This document shows positions 9,685 to 19,622 of a DNA stretch of 64,000 nucleotides, in pieces (position 1 is the first letter of the stretch; each line of letters opens with the position of its first letter). Location: assembly GCA_009602735.1 (NCBI GenBank), contig WELA01001035.1, positions 13,498-77,497 of the forward strand, given 5' to 3'. The translations under genes were made by a program, and so were the position numbers. Origin of the DNA: Mesotaenium endlicherianum. Taxonomy: Eukaryota. Under the pieces are notes generated by a model. The model did no database searches, was not told the origin of the DNA, and saw nothing but the letters and a program-made list of their open reading frames with translations.

Positions 9685-11037
9685 TCAAGTAGGGGTGCGG
9701 GTCGAAGTAGGCCCGCTGGCGTGCGCGCATGTCTGCAGAAGGGACTGTGCAAACGGAGCGCTCGGAGCTGTCGACCTCCTGCGGGGATCGAACCAGCCGG
9801 CGAGGGGCCAGCTGGACTCGCGGCTGGGGCTGCCCTCGTGGGACGGGCGCGTCCCGGGCTGCCGGAGACTAGACATGAGCCGTGTGCGTGCGGCAGCCGT
9901 AAAGGGGTGACGACTGGGCGGCCTGCTGTTGGTGCGGGCCACCTTGGGAGGAGGTGACCCGGAGGGACCGTCGCCAGCGATGTGGCTGCGAGGGACGCTG
10001 ACGCGCGGAGCTGTAGGGGCCAGCATCGCGAAATGCGCCTCGGAAGAAGACTGAGCGTCGTCGCCAGCTGAGAGGGACCGGAAGGGCGGAGTGCGGCGTC
10101 GGTCTCGAGGGTCGTCGTATGGTGGCGTGTCCCCGTGGGTCCGCGTGTTGTCGTAAGGAGGTGTGCGGTCCCTGTCGTCGTAGGGTGGCGTGACGAAGCG
10201 GGCGCGCGTCTCGCGGAGGGGAGTCACCTCTCGCGCCTCGCAAAGGGGTGTGAGCGATCGGGAGCGGCTCGTCTCGCGGAGAGGAGTGGTCTCTCGAGCG
10301 GGTCCGATGGTCGGCCAAGTGCGATGTGCGTAGGTCAGATGGGCGCAGATAGACGGGGTCGTGCGGCGTGGCTCGCGGACGCTGAGCCTGGGCGCTGGTT
10401 GCTGTATGGAGTGTGTGCCAGCGCTAGAGGAGGCCGCGGCAGCCCGGCTTGTCGGAAACAAATGTGCGATGCGGCGACACTCGTGGCTCGTCGAGCAGTT
10501 GTGTGACACTGGTCGGCTGGGTCCAACGGCATCGGTGCGAGCCCTGTTGGGCCAGTCGTGAGTCATGGGCTGACTGGGTGCGCTGAAGCCAGGCGGACCA
10601 GTAGGTGTGCGCCGCCTGCGTGTTGTAGGCGCAGCTGGCGGGGGCTCCTCGGGTGGCGCCGCGCTGAGGGCCTCGACGGAAGCCTCTGGCAGTCGTTCCC
10701 ACTGCGTCTCCTCCTCACTTGTGTGGGACTGGTCGTCGGATCTGCCAGGACAAGTTGCCTGCCGCATGGCCTCGTCTTCGGATGCCGTGGGGCGAGGCCA
10801 GGTCTCGCCGGTCTGATGCGAGGTGTTGTGCAGGGGCGGCTGAGAGTCCATATTGTACTGAAGGGCCACGCCAACAGGCACATCGTGGCGAACGCGGACG
10901 TCGGTCCTCGCGGACGGTTCGCCTCGAGTGGCTGAGACCCCCCCCTGATGAGTCGTAGGCGCTGCGACTGCACCGCGGGCAAGGGCGGCGGCAGCGATTG
11001 GCTGTGCTGGCCGTGGCAAGGGCCTCAGTGGCATCAT
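9685..11037 (-). CDS. Pro/Arg/Ser/Thr-rich linker between protease and DNMT, with TPLRE and TPPYD repeats
   Basis: 450-aa ORF lying between the protease and DNMT ORFs. Needs frameshifts at both ends to join them. Confidence 0.5.
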   Translation of the reverse strand: MMPLRPLPRPAQPIAAAALARGAVAAPTTHQGGVSATRGEPSARTDVRVRHDVPVGVALQYNMDSQPPLHNTSHQTGETWPRPTASEDEAMRQATCPGRSDDQSHTSEEETQWERLPEASVEALSAAPPEEPPPAAPTTRRRRTPTGPPGFSAPSQPMTHDWPNRARTDAVGPSRPVSHNCSTSHECRRIAHLFPTSRAAAASSSAGTHSIQQPAPRLSVREPRRTTPSICAHLTYAHRTWPTIGPARETTPLRETSRSRSLTPLCEAREVTPLRETRARFVTPPYDDRDRTPPYDNTRTHGDTPPYDDPRDRRRTPPFRSLSAGDDAQSSSEAHFAMLAPTAPRVSVPRSHIAGDGPSGSPPPKVARTNSRPPSRHPFTAAARTRLMSSLRQPGTRPSHEGSPSRESSWPLAGWFDPRRRSTAPSAPFAQSLLQTCAHASGPTSTRTPT

Positions 11038-11269
11038 CCACCATCTGCCGCATCATCGCGCTGTGGGCAGTGCAGATGCGGATCTGCTCCCTGGCCTGGG
11101 CTGCCAGGACATCCGCCTGCTGCTGCGGCGTAAGATGGAGCTCGGCACTAGGTAGGTCCGGCTCCTCGTCCTGAGACTCGAGCAGGTCCACCCCCACAAA
11201 GATCTCCTCGTCCTCGGGCCCGTCCTTATCGGTCTTGACCACTGGCCGGCCATCGTCCAGCCCCATGAA

Positions 11270-11720
11270 GCCATAAAGAGCGGACACTGCTGGGCGGCGA
11301 TCGACAATGTCAAGGGGCAAAGATGCGGTGCGCGTCCCTCCTGTCCTCCATTCGGGGCGATAGAAGTCGCGCTCTGCCCAGTTGTCGACCGCGGCGCCAA
11401 TGGGAAAGAGCACGTCCTGCCCTAGGAGCACATCAAAGGACTCGGAAGGAGTGACGAGTGCGTGCCGATGGATGGTCGTCTCGTCTGCCGTGCCTGGGCG
11501 CAGAGTGAACAGTAGCGCCAACCTCGTGCGGCCGGCAACGGTCTCGGACGTACCGGCGGCGGTGTTAATGCGCGTCGGAGAGTCCTCCAAGTCAGCAGAA
11601 GAGAGTCCCAGCTGACGGAAGTAGCGGAGGGTGATGAGGACCGGCTGTGTCGAACATGATGCGCTGCGGCGCCTGGGTGTTGACGAGCACGATCCCCTGC
11701 GAATTATCCAAAAACGCGGC
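11270..11720 (-). pseudogene. Retroviral-type aspartic protease of element X, frameshifted at the catalytic motif
   Basis: RIMFDT at the end of ORF 11592-12668 continues after a small deletion as QPVLITLRYFRQLGL...INTAAG...FDVLLGQDVLFPIGAAVD (ORF 10715-11590). Confidence 0.8.
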
Positions 11721-11991
11721 GTTAGGAGTGCTGATCATTCTGCGCTCATGCGCAGGGCGCGCGGGCGTGGATCGCACCGCGGTGGCGGCATCGGCCGTCG
11801 GTCTCCTGGCGGCGGTGCGCAGCGTGGCTCTGCGTGACTGGAGCATCAGCTGAGCGGCCTGCCTTGTTGCCTCCATGGAGACGCCGAGCTCTGCGAAGGA
11901 GACCGCCGGCATGCGGTGCAGCGCCAGAGAGATGACCTCCGCGCTGAGCTGTACCGTCGTCATAGGTGAAGCGAGCGCATGAGGCGTCGGC

Positions 11992-14900
11992 TCAGCTGAG
12001 ATCGTGGAGGGATCTAGGATGCGGAAGGAACGGGGCAGCCGCGGTGTCTCCTCCGTCCGGCGTCCTTGGTCTGGCCCGACGCGCTTCTGCGGAACAACGG
12101 GCCGACTGGCCGGTGCGGCGAGCGTGTGCTCGCGGCTCGCGCGCCCGACTGTGGAGCGGTTGCCGAGTGGCTGCGCGCGTGCGCAGCAGGCCAGAATGGC
12201 TGCTGCTGGCGCAGCCGGCAAACTTGCCGCGCATCCGGCCGCGGGGACTGTAACAGTGCCGTCTGCGAAGCCTGCCGCGAGGCCTGCCGCCGCGCCTGCC
12301 GCACAGCTCGCAGCAAGGTCTGCCGCAGCGACTGTTGCGAAGCTTGCCGCGAGGGCTGCCGCGGGACCCCGTCGCAAGGTCTGACGCTGCGCCTGCCGCG
12401 CAGCTGGTGACGGGAACTGCCGTCGCGCCTGCCACGCATTCTGCCGCGCAGACTGTTGTACTGTCTGCCGCAGGACGCGTCGCGAGGCCTGCTGCGCAGC
12501 CTGCCGCGCAGTCTGCCGTACTGTCGGTCGCAGGACCTGTTGCGCAGCCCGCTGCAAGTCCTGCCGCCCAGCCTGTCGCAAGGTCGGTTGCGCAGCCTGC
12601 CGCAGGTTCGGCCGCCAAAATGGCGAACCTCGGCGCGTGTGCGTTCGCGGCTGCAGCAGTAGCTGCATCTGCTGGCGCGGTCGAGGCTGCCAGGAGGCTG
12701 CCAGGTGGCGCCCCCTGGTGGCTGCTGGGGCCGAAGGGCAGGGTCACTGGGCTGGTGGCGCCGTCTATCTCGGCTGCCCCGGGCAAAGATCGCAGCGCCC
12801 TCCCCCCGATGCATGGGCTAACTGGCCCCCCGGCGGCTGGCGTTGGGTTGCTGCCGGGGTTTTGTGCGCAGCCAGGGTTTAGGCCCTGGCTGTGCGCAGC
12901 CGTGAGCGGACCGTCGGCACTGCGATCGGTCATCCGGCCGCGTGGCGCAGTTGGGACAGCCCCCCCCTGACTGAGGGTGGCTGGTCCGACCGCCAGATTT
13001 GTGCTGGCCGGGCCAAGCCATGCGCGTGCGCCAAGTGGCGGCATTTGCGCGACAGGGGCTGAGCCCTGGATGTGCGCAGCTGCGGGTGCGCCGTCGGCGC
13101 TTTTGCCGGCGATCCGGCCGCACAGCGCAGTCAGGACCCCCCCTTGCTGACCGAGGGTGGCGGCCGCTGCGGCCGTCGCTGCGCTGGCCGTGCAGACCTG
13201 CGCGCACGCGCCACTTGGCAGCGCGTGGGTGCAGCTGCTTTGCGCAGCTGCAGCTGCCGCTGTGACGACGGCGTGGCGTCGCCGGGTGTGCCGTGGACCT
13301 GGCAGCGCAGTGCGCTGGGCGCGCGTGTGAGCCAGCGTGCGTGCGTGCATGCTGCTGTCGGCAGAGGCGGCCTCGCCTGCCGTGCACGTGCCATGTGGCG
13401 GGTTCTGCTGGAGCCTGCTGTCTGCAGCAGCCAGCGGGGACCGGCTGTCCCTGCCTGTGCGCAGAGCTGCGCACGGGAGTGCCGCACGAACGAAGAGGGA
13501 GGCTGCGGCCGGCCCAGTTGTAGCCGTGCACGCCGCCAGGTGCCCCCGTCCCTGCCTGCCAGCTGTCGCTACGCGGGCCGACGGGAGGCCTGCTGGTGCC
13601 AGCAGGGAAGCGCAAGCCAGGGGCTCTGTCGGGGCCTTGGCTGGCGCGCGGGCTGGCCCGCGTGCGCGCGAGCTTGCGCCGGGAGATGGCGCAACCGCGC
13701 AGTCGTGCAGCCTTCCATCCGGCAGTCTGTCGGGACTCCGGCTGTCGCTGCTGACAGCTGTCAGAGCGGTGCGCACAAGGCTAGCAGAGCTGCCTGTGCG
13801 AGCGCCTGCAGCTCTGGCAGCGGGCGCTACGTCGTAACGCGGACGTGCGCGGGGCTGCGGCGCTGCCGCTGAGCCTGATGTGTACGCTGAAGCTGTGCGT
13901 GAGCCAGCTGTCAGTTCTGTGGCGTAGGACGGTGGAGCGAACGCGAGGAGTGCTCCGCACGCGTCATAGTCATCGACGTCGATGAGGCCACGGAGTCTAG
14001 CGATCTCCGCGTTGGCCTCCACGAGGGCGTCGCAGACGTCGTCGAAGCTGCAGTAGTCGGCTCCAGGCATCAATGCGGCGTCCGTCGTGGCCGTAGCTGC
14101 TGTCAGCGCGGGGCGGCCACCCGTACGAGGGTTGCGTGCGCCTCGCTGTCCTGCTGAAGGCGTAAGGCCGTCGCGAGCGCGTCCGTTCTTGACGTCGCGC
14201 TTCTTCTGCAGACAGACGATCTGTAGGTGGCCGACCTTGCCACAATGGGTGCACTCGCCGGGCTTGCCATTCTGCGCGAGAGTGCAGTTCTGGCGTGAGT
14301 GGCCCATCTTACCGCAGGACCAGCAGGGATTGCTCGTGGTGGCAGCCATGGAAATGCGGCCACGCGTAGCTCCGCGCTGCTGCGTCTGCTGGGGCAGCTG
14401 AGAGCGCTGAGGCTGCTGCTGCTGCGACTGGGGCTGGCGGGCAGGCGTCGTGCGCGTCGTAGAAGACGGCAGCACTGAGGCCTCCTGGCGCACGCCCGTG
14501 GATGCTAAGCCCACACGATCGCTAATGTTGCTCCGTGCGGCGGCCAAGCTCTGCTTCTCAACGGAGAGGTAGGCCTGCTCCAGAGAATACTCTAAACCGT
14601 GGCGGTCGATGAGGGGGACTACGGCCCTCTCCCTGAGACGCGGCTCGACGGCACGCAAGAAGGTCTCCGCGGCCTCCCGGTCAGTGACGGTGCCGACATC
14701 GCGGCGGAGGTGCACCAAGCGGCGGTACATCATGCGGATAGTCTCGTTCTTGCGTCGGAAGAAATGGTGCAGCTCGTACACCTTCTCTTCAGTTGCAGCC
14801 TGGAACTCTGTCTTCAGGATGTTCCAGAAGGCTGGCACTGGATCAGCAAGCAAGGTCGCCACTGGTGGGTCACCCACAAGCTCAGTGCGGGTTCGGAGCT

Positions 14901-15297
14901 CAGCCTCCTTCTCACGGAAGGTGTCGCGGGCCTCGTGCGAGAGGTAGCGCATAAGCGTGTCGAAGACGTCGCGCTTAGTCAACGTGGGTGTCTTGAGCTT
15001 TGCAGCCGCGAAGTCAGCCTGAAACTCCGAGATGGTATCTTCCAGATCACAGGTGCCTGGCCTACCGCTGAAGCGGTAGGCAGACCTGTCAATCCTGACC
15101 TCGTGGTCACCTGCCATGGGATACCAGAAATCGTAGTGAGCCCACTGGGGAGAAGGCTCAGAAGCAACTGCTGTGTGCTGGAGAGCAGGTCGCTCTTCTT
15201 CAGCGGGTTTTGTGATGGTGCTGAGATCTGAGTCTGAGTCTTCTCCACTGACCCCTTCGTAGTATGGCTGATAAGAAAGCCCACTACGGGTAGGCAT
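11992..15297 (-). CDS. gag: Gag with two CCHC zinc knuckles and a long Ala-rich extension
   Basis: CWSCGKMGHSRQNC and CTHCGKVGHLQIVC; capsid-like segment FRRKNETIRMMYRRL; position upstream of the protease. Confidence 0.85.
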   Translation of the reverse strand: MPTRSGLSYQPYYEGVSGEDSDSDLSTITKPAEEERPALQHTAVASEPSPQWAHYDFWYPMAGDHEVRIDRSAYRFSGRPGTCDLEDTISEFQADFAAAKLKTPTLTKRDVFDTLMRYLSHEARDTFREKEAELRTRTELVGDPPVATLLADPVPAFWNILKTEFQAATEEKVYELHHFFRRKNETIRMMYRRLVHLRRDVGTVTDREAAETFLRAVEPRLRERAVVPLIDRHGLEYSLEQAYLSVEKQSLAAARSNISDRVGLASTGVRQEASVLPSSTTRTTPARQPQSQQQQPQRSQLPQQTQQRGATRGRISMAATTSNPCWSCGKMGHSRQNCTLAQNGKPGECTHCGKVGHLQIVCLQKKRDVKNGRARDGLTPSAGQRGARNPRTGGRPALTAATATTDAALMPGADYCSFDDVCDALVEANAEIARLRGLIDVDDYDACGALLAFAPPSYATELTAGSRTASAYTSGSAAAPQPRARPRYDVAPAARAAGARTGSSASLVRTALTAVSSDSRSPDRLPDGRLHDCAVAPSPGASSRARGPARAPAKAPTEPLACASLLAPAGLPSARVATAGRQGRGHLAACTATTGPAAASLFVRAALPCAALRTGRDSRSPLAAADSRLQQNPPHGTCTAGEAASADSSMHARTLAHTRAQRTALPGPRHTRRRHAVVTAAAAAAQSSCTHALPSGACAQVCTASAATAAAAATLGQQGGVLTALCGRIAGKSADGAPAAAHIQGSAPVAQMPPLGARAWLGPASTNLAVGPATLSQGGAVPTAPRGRMTDRSADGPLTAAHSQGLNPGCAQNPGSNPTPAAGGPVSPCIGGRALRSLPGAAEIDGATSPVTLPFGPSSHQGAPPGSLLAASTAPADAATAAAANAHAPRFAILAAEPAAGCATDLATGWAAGLAAGCATGPATDSTADCAAGCAAGLATRPAADSTTVCAAECVAGATAVPVTSCAAGAASDLATGSRGSPRGKLRNSRCGRPCCELCGRRGGRPRGRLRRRHCYSPRGRMRGKFAGCASSSHSGLLRTRAATRQPLHSRAREPRAHARRTGQSARCSAEARRARPRTPDGGDTAAAPFLPHPRSLHDLS
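12260..12620. repeat. Degenerate 12-bp tandem repeat (GCCTGCCGCGCA-like) encoding a 4-aa periodic A/G/C/T tract
   Basis: Visible periodicity; translation GCATDLATGWAAGLAAGCATG... Confidence 0.7.
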
Positions 15298-15482
15298 ACG
15301 CTGAAGGTTCTAATTGCTTGAAGGCAAAAAGAGATCCTTTAGAAGTAAGGGATGTGTACTCTCCAGAGTGAGCACCTCAAGACTGTAATCTGGTAGGAAA
15401 ACAACTAAAGTATGGCCCAATAGATCACTGGAAGCACATCATGATCTTCAGAGTAGTCCTATGGCAAGGGCTTAAGCTGTGA

Positions 15483-15494
15483 CTTTGCTCACCA
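15483..15494 (-). promoter_or_regulatory. Candidate primer-binding site of element X (TGGTGAGCAAAG)
   Basis: On the minus strand TGG begins 2 nt after ...TTCACA, about 190 bp upstream of the gag ATG. It differs from the initiator-Met-type PBS of families A-C. Confidence 0.55.
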
Positions 15495-15496
15495 CT

Positions 15497-16292
15497 TGTG
15501 AAGTTCTTCAAGTGACTGGAAGCCTGGAGGGCTTGCTCTTCACAAGAGAGTAACTAAGTGGTCCTGAAAACACAAGAGATAAAAGTGTAAGCTTTACTGA
15601 TAATCTCTGTTACTTACACCTGGCATAATGGACTTCTAAAAGATGTCTCTTCTAGGGACATCTCTAGTATTTATACTCCTGGAAATCCGGCGGGTTACGC
15701 GGCGGATCCAATGCATGTAGTCATTCTAGGAGGCTCTCCTATGTCCACTAATGTGTACAAGGCATGTACTAGCACTCCTATAGGCTAGGCATTACTCAAA
15801 CCAATCAAAGCAAGGTGCGTAGGATATGCTACATGTCCCTCATTGGCCGAGCTTACCTTGGGTGGTTCTACCTAGATAGCGCCTCAAAAGTGGATCTGAA
15901 AATTGAGGAAGCTTCCTCTAGGAGTAGGTGATGCAGTCACCAAGTTATAGCCTCAATGATGCACATATACTATGGAAATGCAAAGCTTATGTAGGCTAAG
16001 GGGCTCGCGGATTTGTGCGCACAAGCTAGGGGTTTTAGGGGGTCACGAATAGGCAAGAATGTGCACATCGAAACACACATTGCCCTTTGGTGAGGATCCG
16101 CTAGGGGCCGGTAGGTGACGCGGACTAGATCGCTCATATCTCGGGCGATACATGACCAAATGACGCGAACCCGGTGCCATTCGGAAGGTGACTCGACGCG
16201 CTACACTTTGGTGACTTGGAAATTGAGAAAAGGTCAACATATGGATGCGTAAAGTCTATGCAAAGTCGGCCTTCCTAGGTTGATGGTTCACA
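15497..16292 (-). repeat. Candidate 5' LTR of element X
   Basis: TGTGAA...TTCACA 6-bp inverted termini, minus-strand TATAAATA near 15666-15673, followed by the candidate PBS. No second copy in the window. Confidence 0.5.
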
Positions 16293-16342
16293 CATGTGGA
16301 GCTCGGTTACGTGCGGCAACCTCGACTCAATAAATCATGACA

Positions 16343-17020
16343 CAGGCCGCATAGATATCAGCAGGCTGAAGGCCAAGCAACCTCCAGCGCGTCCTAAGAA
16401 AGGGAAGTCAGTAGACTACTCCATGTCTACCACGGAGCAGGACAACTTAGTTGACGAGACTCCTTCTCTCTCAGAGGAGGAGGATGAGGAGGATGACGAA
16501 GAAGAACAAGGCAGAGGAGAAGCATCGGGAGCTGGTACTCAGGAGACCCAGGGGCAGGCAGGGGCACTTCCTAAGGAACCAAGATCAGGTATATGGAACG
16601 TGATCCCGGTCATGGAGGCAATTGGACCCCGCACGCTCCCCCAGCCCACCTGCCCAAGCAGGGGAAGAAGCTGATCTGACAGTACTTGGCAGCAGACACA
16701 GGCAGAAATCCCTAGAGGATAGGGGTTTCAGAAGAGGGACACGCGGGGTGGTCAGAGGTATGCCGGCCTCCCCCTTTGCTCAGGAACATGTACCTCTTGC
16801 CAATGTATTTCAGCATCCTACTGGAATGCCTGTCTAGGTGGGGATCAACACCCAAGTGGGTGAAGGGCAGGCTACCATTCTTCGTTCTCCTCGAGGCCCA
16901 ACTTTAGAACAAACGGGGTTCTTTAGAAGGCCAGCTGACAGATCTAGAGGGCTGTCCAGATCTAGGTCCAGATCTCAGTCTCCTGATCCTGAAGCCCCAG
17001 GAACAACCCCCTAGGTGACA
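16343..17020 (+). pseudogene. Accessory ORF of A1, 3' part (acidic tract, RS/P-rich tail)
   Basis: QPPARPKKGKSVDYSM and an E/D-rich tract match 30469-30640 (QPPPTPKRGRSVEYSF; EEEEESEAEEEE). Confidence 0.6.
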
Positions 17021-17126
17021 GGCTCAAGAGGCAGTCAGTGGGGGAGGCTGGCCAGGATCAGTTCCCTTGCTTAAGACTTCTGCAGTTTAATGTTGTCGAG
17101 GCGACAACAAGTTAAGTTGGAGGGAT

Positions 17127-17655
17127 AGTAATGAATCAATATATTAGTAGATATAATGTTCATTTAAATGTAATAGTTATATAAATTTAGCCTGCTGAAC
17201 TCTACTTAAAAATCAGTCTGCTGGACTTCATATTTAATATTAGTTTAATGACTCAGCCGGAAGCAGAAGGCTGAAGTCAACTTAAGTCAGCTTGCTGACA
17301 CATTCTTTGACAGCCAGCTGACTTTCGTACTCGGTAGCAGCGAACTGCCTCAATTTGCATCTAAGTGTGATATGCTAGATGAATGGCCAGATGACATAGA
17401 GATGGCCATAGAGAAACCGGACTTCAAGGCAAGAAGCCACTGATACGCACTGCCTTCTAACCTTGCTTATGTGTGAGTTTACCGATTGCATTATTGATGC
17501 TAGTTTACTCGCATTTGACTTACGAGTATTGTTCACTGCTAGTGTGTTGTCCTTTGCCGTTTAACTAGTTAACAAAAAATACCATAAAGATTACTTGCTG
17601 ATATAAAGATCTTTATTAATTGTTAATCACCTATTTGGTAAGACGATTCATTTCA
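17127..17655 (+). repeat. 3' LTR of A1 (internally deleted)
   Basis: Homologous to 17755-18468 and 31290-32007; ends CATTTCA; preceded by a PPT. Confidence 0.88.
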
Positions 17656-17754
17656 ACTGAGAAGCCTGTCACCTATCAAGTTTGTGGAAATTGATACTAT
17701 AAAGATACTCAACACTGAGAGTCTTAACAGTCGCATTAAAACCTCATGGCTGAT

Positions 17755-18468
17755 TATAATGAATCAGTATAATGATGGATATAATATTAATTTAAATATG
17801 ATAGTTAAATAAGTTCACCCTACTGAACTTTAGTTAATATTGAGTTTGCTGGACCTTATACAATATTCAGTTTAATGACTCAGTTGGGGGCAGCAGCAAA
17901 GTCAACTTAGGTCAGCTTGCCGACACATTCTTTGACAGCCAGCTGACTTCCGTACTCGATAGTAGCAAATTGCCTAGATATGCATCCAAGTGTGGTGTGC
18001 TAGATGAATGGCCAGATGACATCCTTAGGATAGATGGCAATTCGGGATGATGGGAGATGGCGGTGGATTCGGTTAACCGAGGTCCTACCAACGTGGTTAA
18101 CTCCCGGGTAGGCGGTGCCATCGCACTGGCCGTTGACCAGTAAACTCATTCCATGTACATATGCTAGGTATTGCTCTCGAGTTCGGCATTCGGAATTGAG
18201 GCCAACTCTCTTGTACAGCGTACGGAGTGATCTGAATCCAAGGCAAGAAGCAATTGATATGCACTGTCTTCTAGCCTTGCTTATGTACGAGTTTACTGAT
18301 TGCATCATTGATTCTAGTTTACTTCCATTTGACTTGCGACTATTGTCCACTCCTAGTGTGTTGTCCTTTGCTGTAGAAAAACTAACAAAAAATACCACAA
18401 AAATTACTTGCTGATATAAAGATCTTCATTAATTGTTAATCGCCTATTTGGTAAGTCGGTTCATTTCA
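17755..18468 (+). repeat. 5' LTR of A2
   Basis: Direct repeat with 31290-32007; followed by an initiator-Met-type PBS. Confidence 0.92.
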
Positions 18469-18502
18469 GTGGTATCAAAGCCGTTATGACAATCTTCTTT
18501 GT

Positions 18503-19554
18503 ATGGTAAAGACAAAGTCTCAAACTAGCAACTCCCGAGCCATGGAGAACCAAGATAACGAGAATGTCAAAAATCAGGCTGAAAGCCATGTAGCGGGAAC
18601 CCGTACCTATTCTGAAGCAGTGGCAGATACTACAGCTAGAGAGGCTGCAGATGAGGTAGCTGCTGTTGCTGCAGTCGCAGCACAGGAGGATGAGGAGGAA
18701 AGAGTCAGACTAGAAGGCGAACGATAAGCAAAGCTGCTGAAGATACAGAACGGAGGGAAGGACAGCCATCGGACGAGCACACTGTCGAAGAACTTATGGC
18801 AGCAAGGGCCAATGTTCTGAATCCCCTCCTGCTGTACAACTCAATGTGCCTCTAGGTCAAATTTGTGACCGGCTGAATGCGGCTAGAATTGTTGCTGCTG
18901 GAGCGAGAGGGATTGCTGAGAACACTACTCAGCGAGTGGATGCCACTGCTGCTGCTGCATTTGCTAGACTCCCACCACAGAGTGTGAATTTGGGAGCATT
19001 ATTTGTGCATATGCAATCGCAAATAGCGAGCATGTATCAATCCCAACAGGAGGACAAAAGAATCATAATCTCTCTGCTGCGAGACAGAGTCCAACTGGGA
19101 TCTCAAACCACTGGTGGTGGTGGTAGAGGGCCTAGTAAGCCTAAGCCGAAATCTACCCAGGACTATGATCCTAAGGGAAACAAAAAGTATTACCTGATCA
19201 AGTTTCTCGCTGATGTTGAGCAGTGGCTGGAGCATTACCCAGAATTGCAGGTTTACGAGAAGGTCCGGCACACTGGTGCTTTATCGAAAGGCAGTGCAGC
19301 AGACTGGTGGCTGTATTGGAAAGGAGAGCGTAAGGCTCAACAACTCGGTGACCCTACTTGAGTAGAGTTTGACGAGAAACTGCATGAGAAATTTGATGTC
19401 ATCAATCTGCCGGACTAAGCCGAGACCAGACTCAGCAAAATTTGTTTGCTTCCATTGCCAGCAGCTGGGTCACTTTAGAGAGCAGTGTCCAGTCAAGCAC
19501 CTTCCAAAGGTCGAGAGAAAAGACCAGCCTTCAAAAGATAGCAACAGTCAGTAA
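18503..19554 (+). pseudogene. gag: Degenerate gag of A2
   Basis: ORF fragments starting right after the PBS; LSKGSAADWW; zinc knuckle CFHCQQLGHFREQC. Confidence 0.8.
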
Positions 19555-19622
19555 TCCAGTCTACTGTCTGTGAGGATGCTAGAGATAGTGAGTCGTCACT
19601 AGTTGCCCTCATAGCAGGTATT

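Larger units (their letters stand above)
4627..16342 (-). mobile_element. Insertion containing a DNMT3- and PHD-carrying Ty3/gypsy retrotransposon (element X)
   Basis: Termini TGTCGTG...CATGACA; flanks CAAG/CAGG (4-bp TSD, one mismatch). Removing it restores the host reading frame KWAKHA-GRIDISRLKAK. Contains gag, protease, DNMT, RT, RNase H, integrase and PHD domains. Confidence 0.88.
751..17655 (+). mobile_element. Chromovirus LTR retrotransposon, family A copy 1 (5' truncated; interrupted by a family C solo LTR and by the DNMT-carrying insertion)
   Basis: pol fragments at 774-3353, accessory ORF at 3622-4626 resuming at 16343, PPT AAGTTGGAGGGA near 17114-17125, 3' LTR at 17127-17655. Colinear with copy 2 (17755-32007). 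Confidence 0.85.

Noticed and set aside
5759..14947. Many long plus-strand ORFs over element X
   Set aside because: Antisense shadows expected in high-GC coding DNA; no recognisable motifs.
16028..16042. TTTTAGGG telomere-like motif
   Set aside because: Single copy only; compatible with chance.
17912..18414. ORFs inside family A LTRs
   Set aside because: Not preserved in frame among the three LTR copies; no domain signal.
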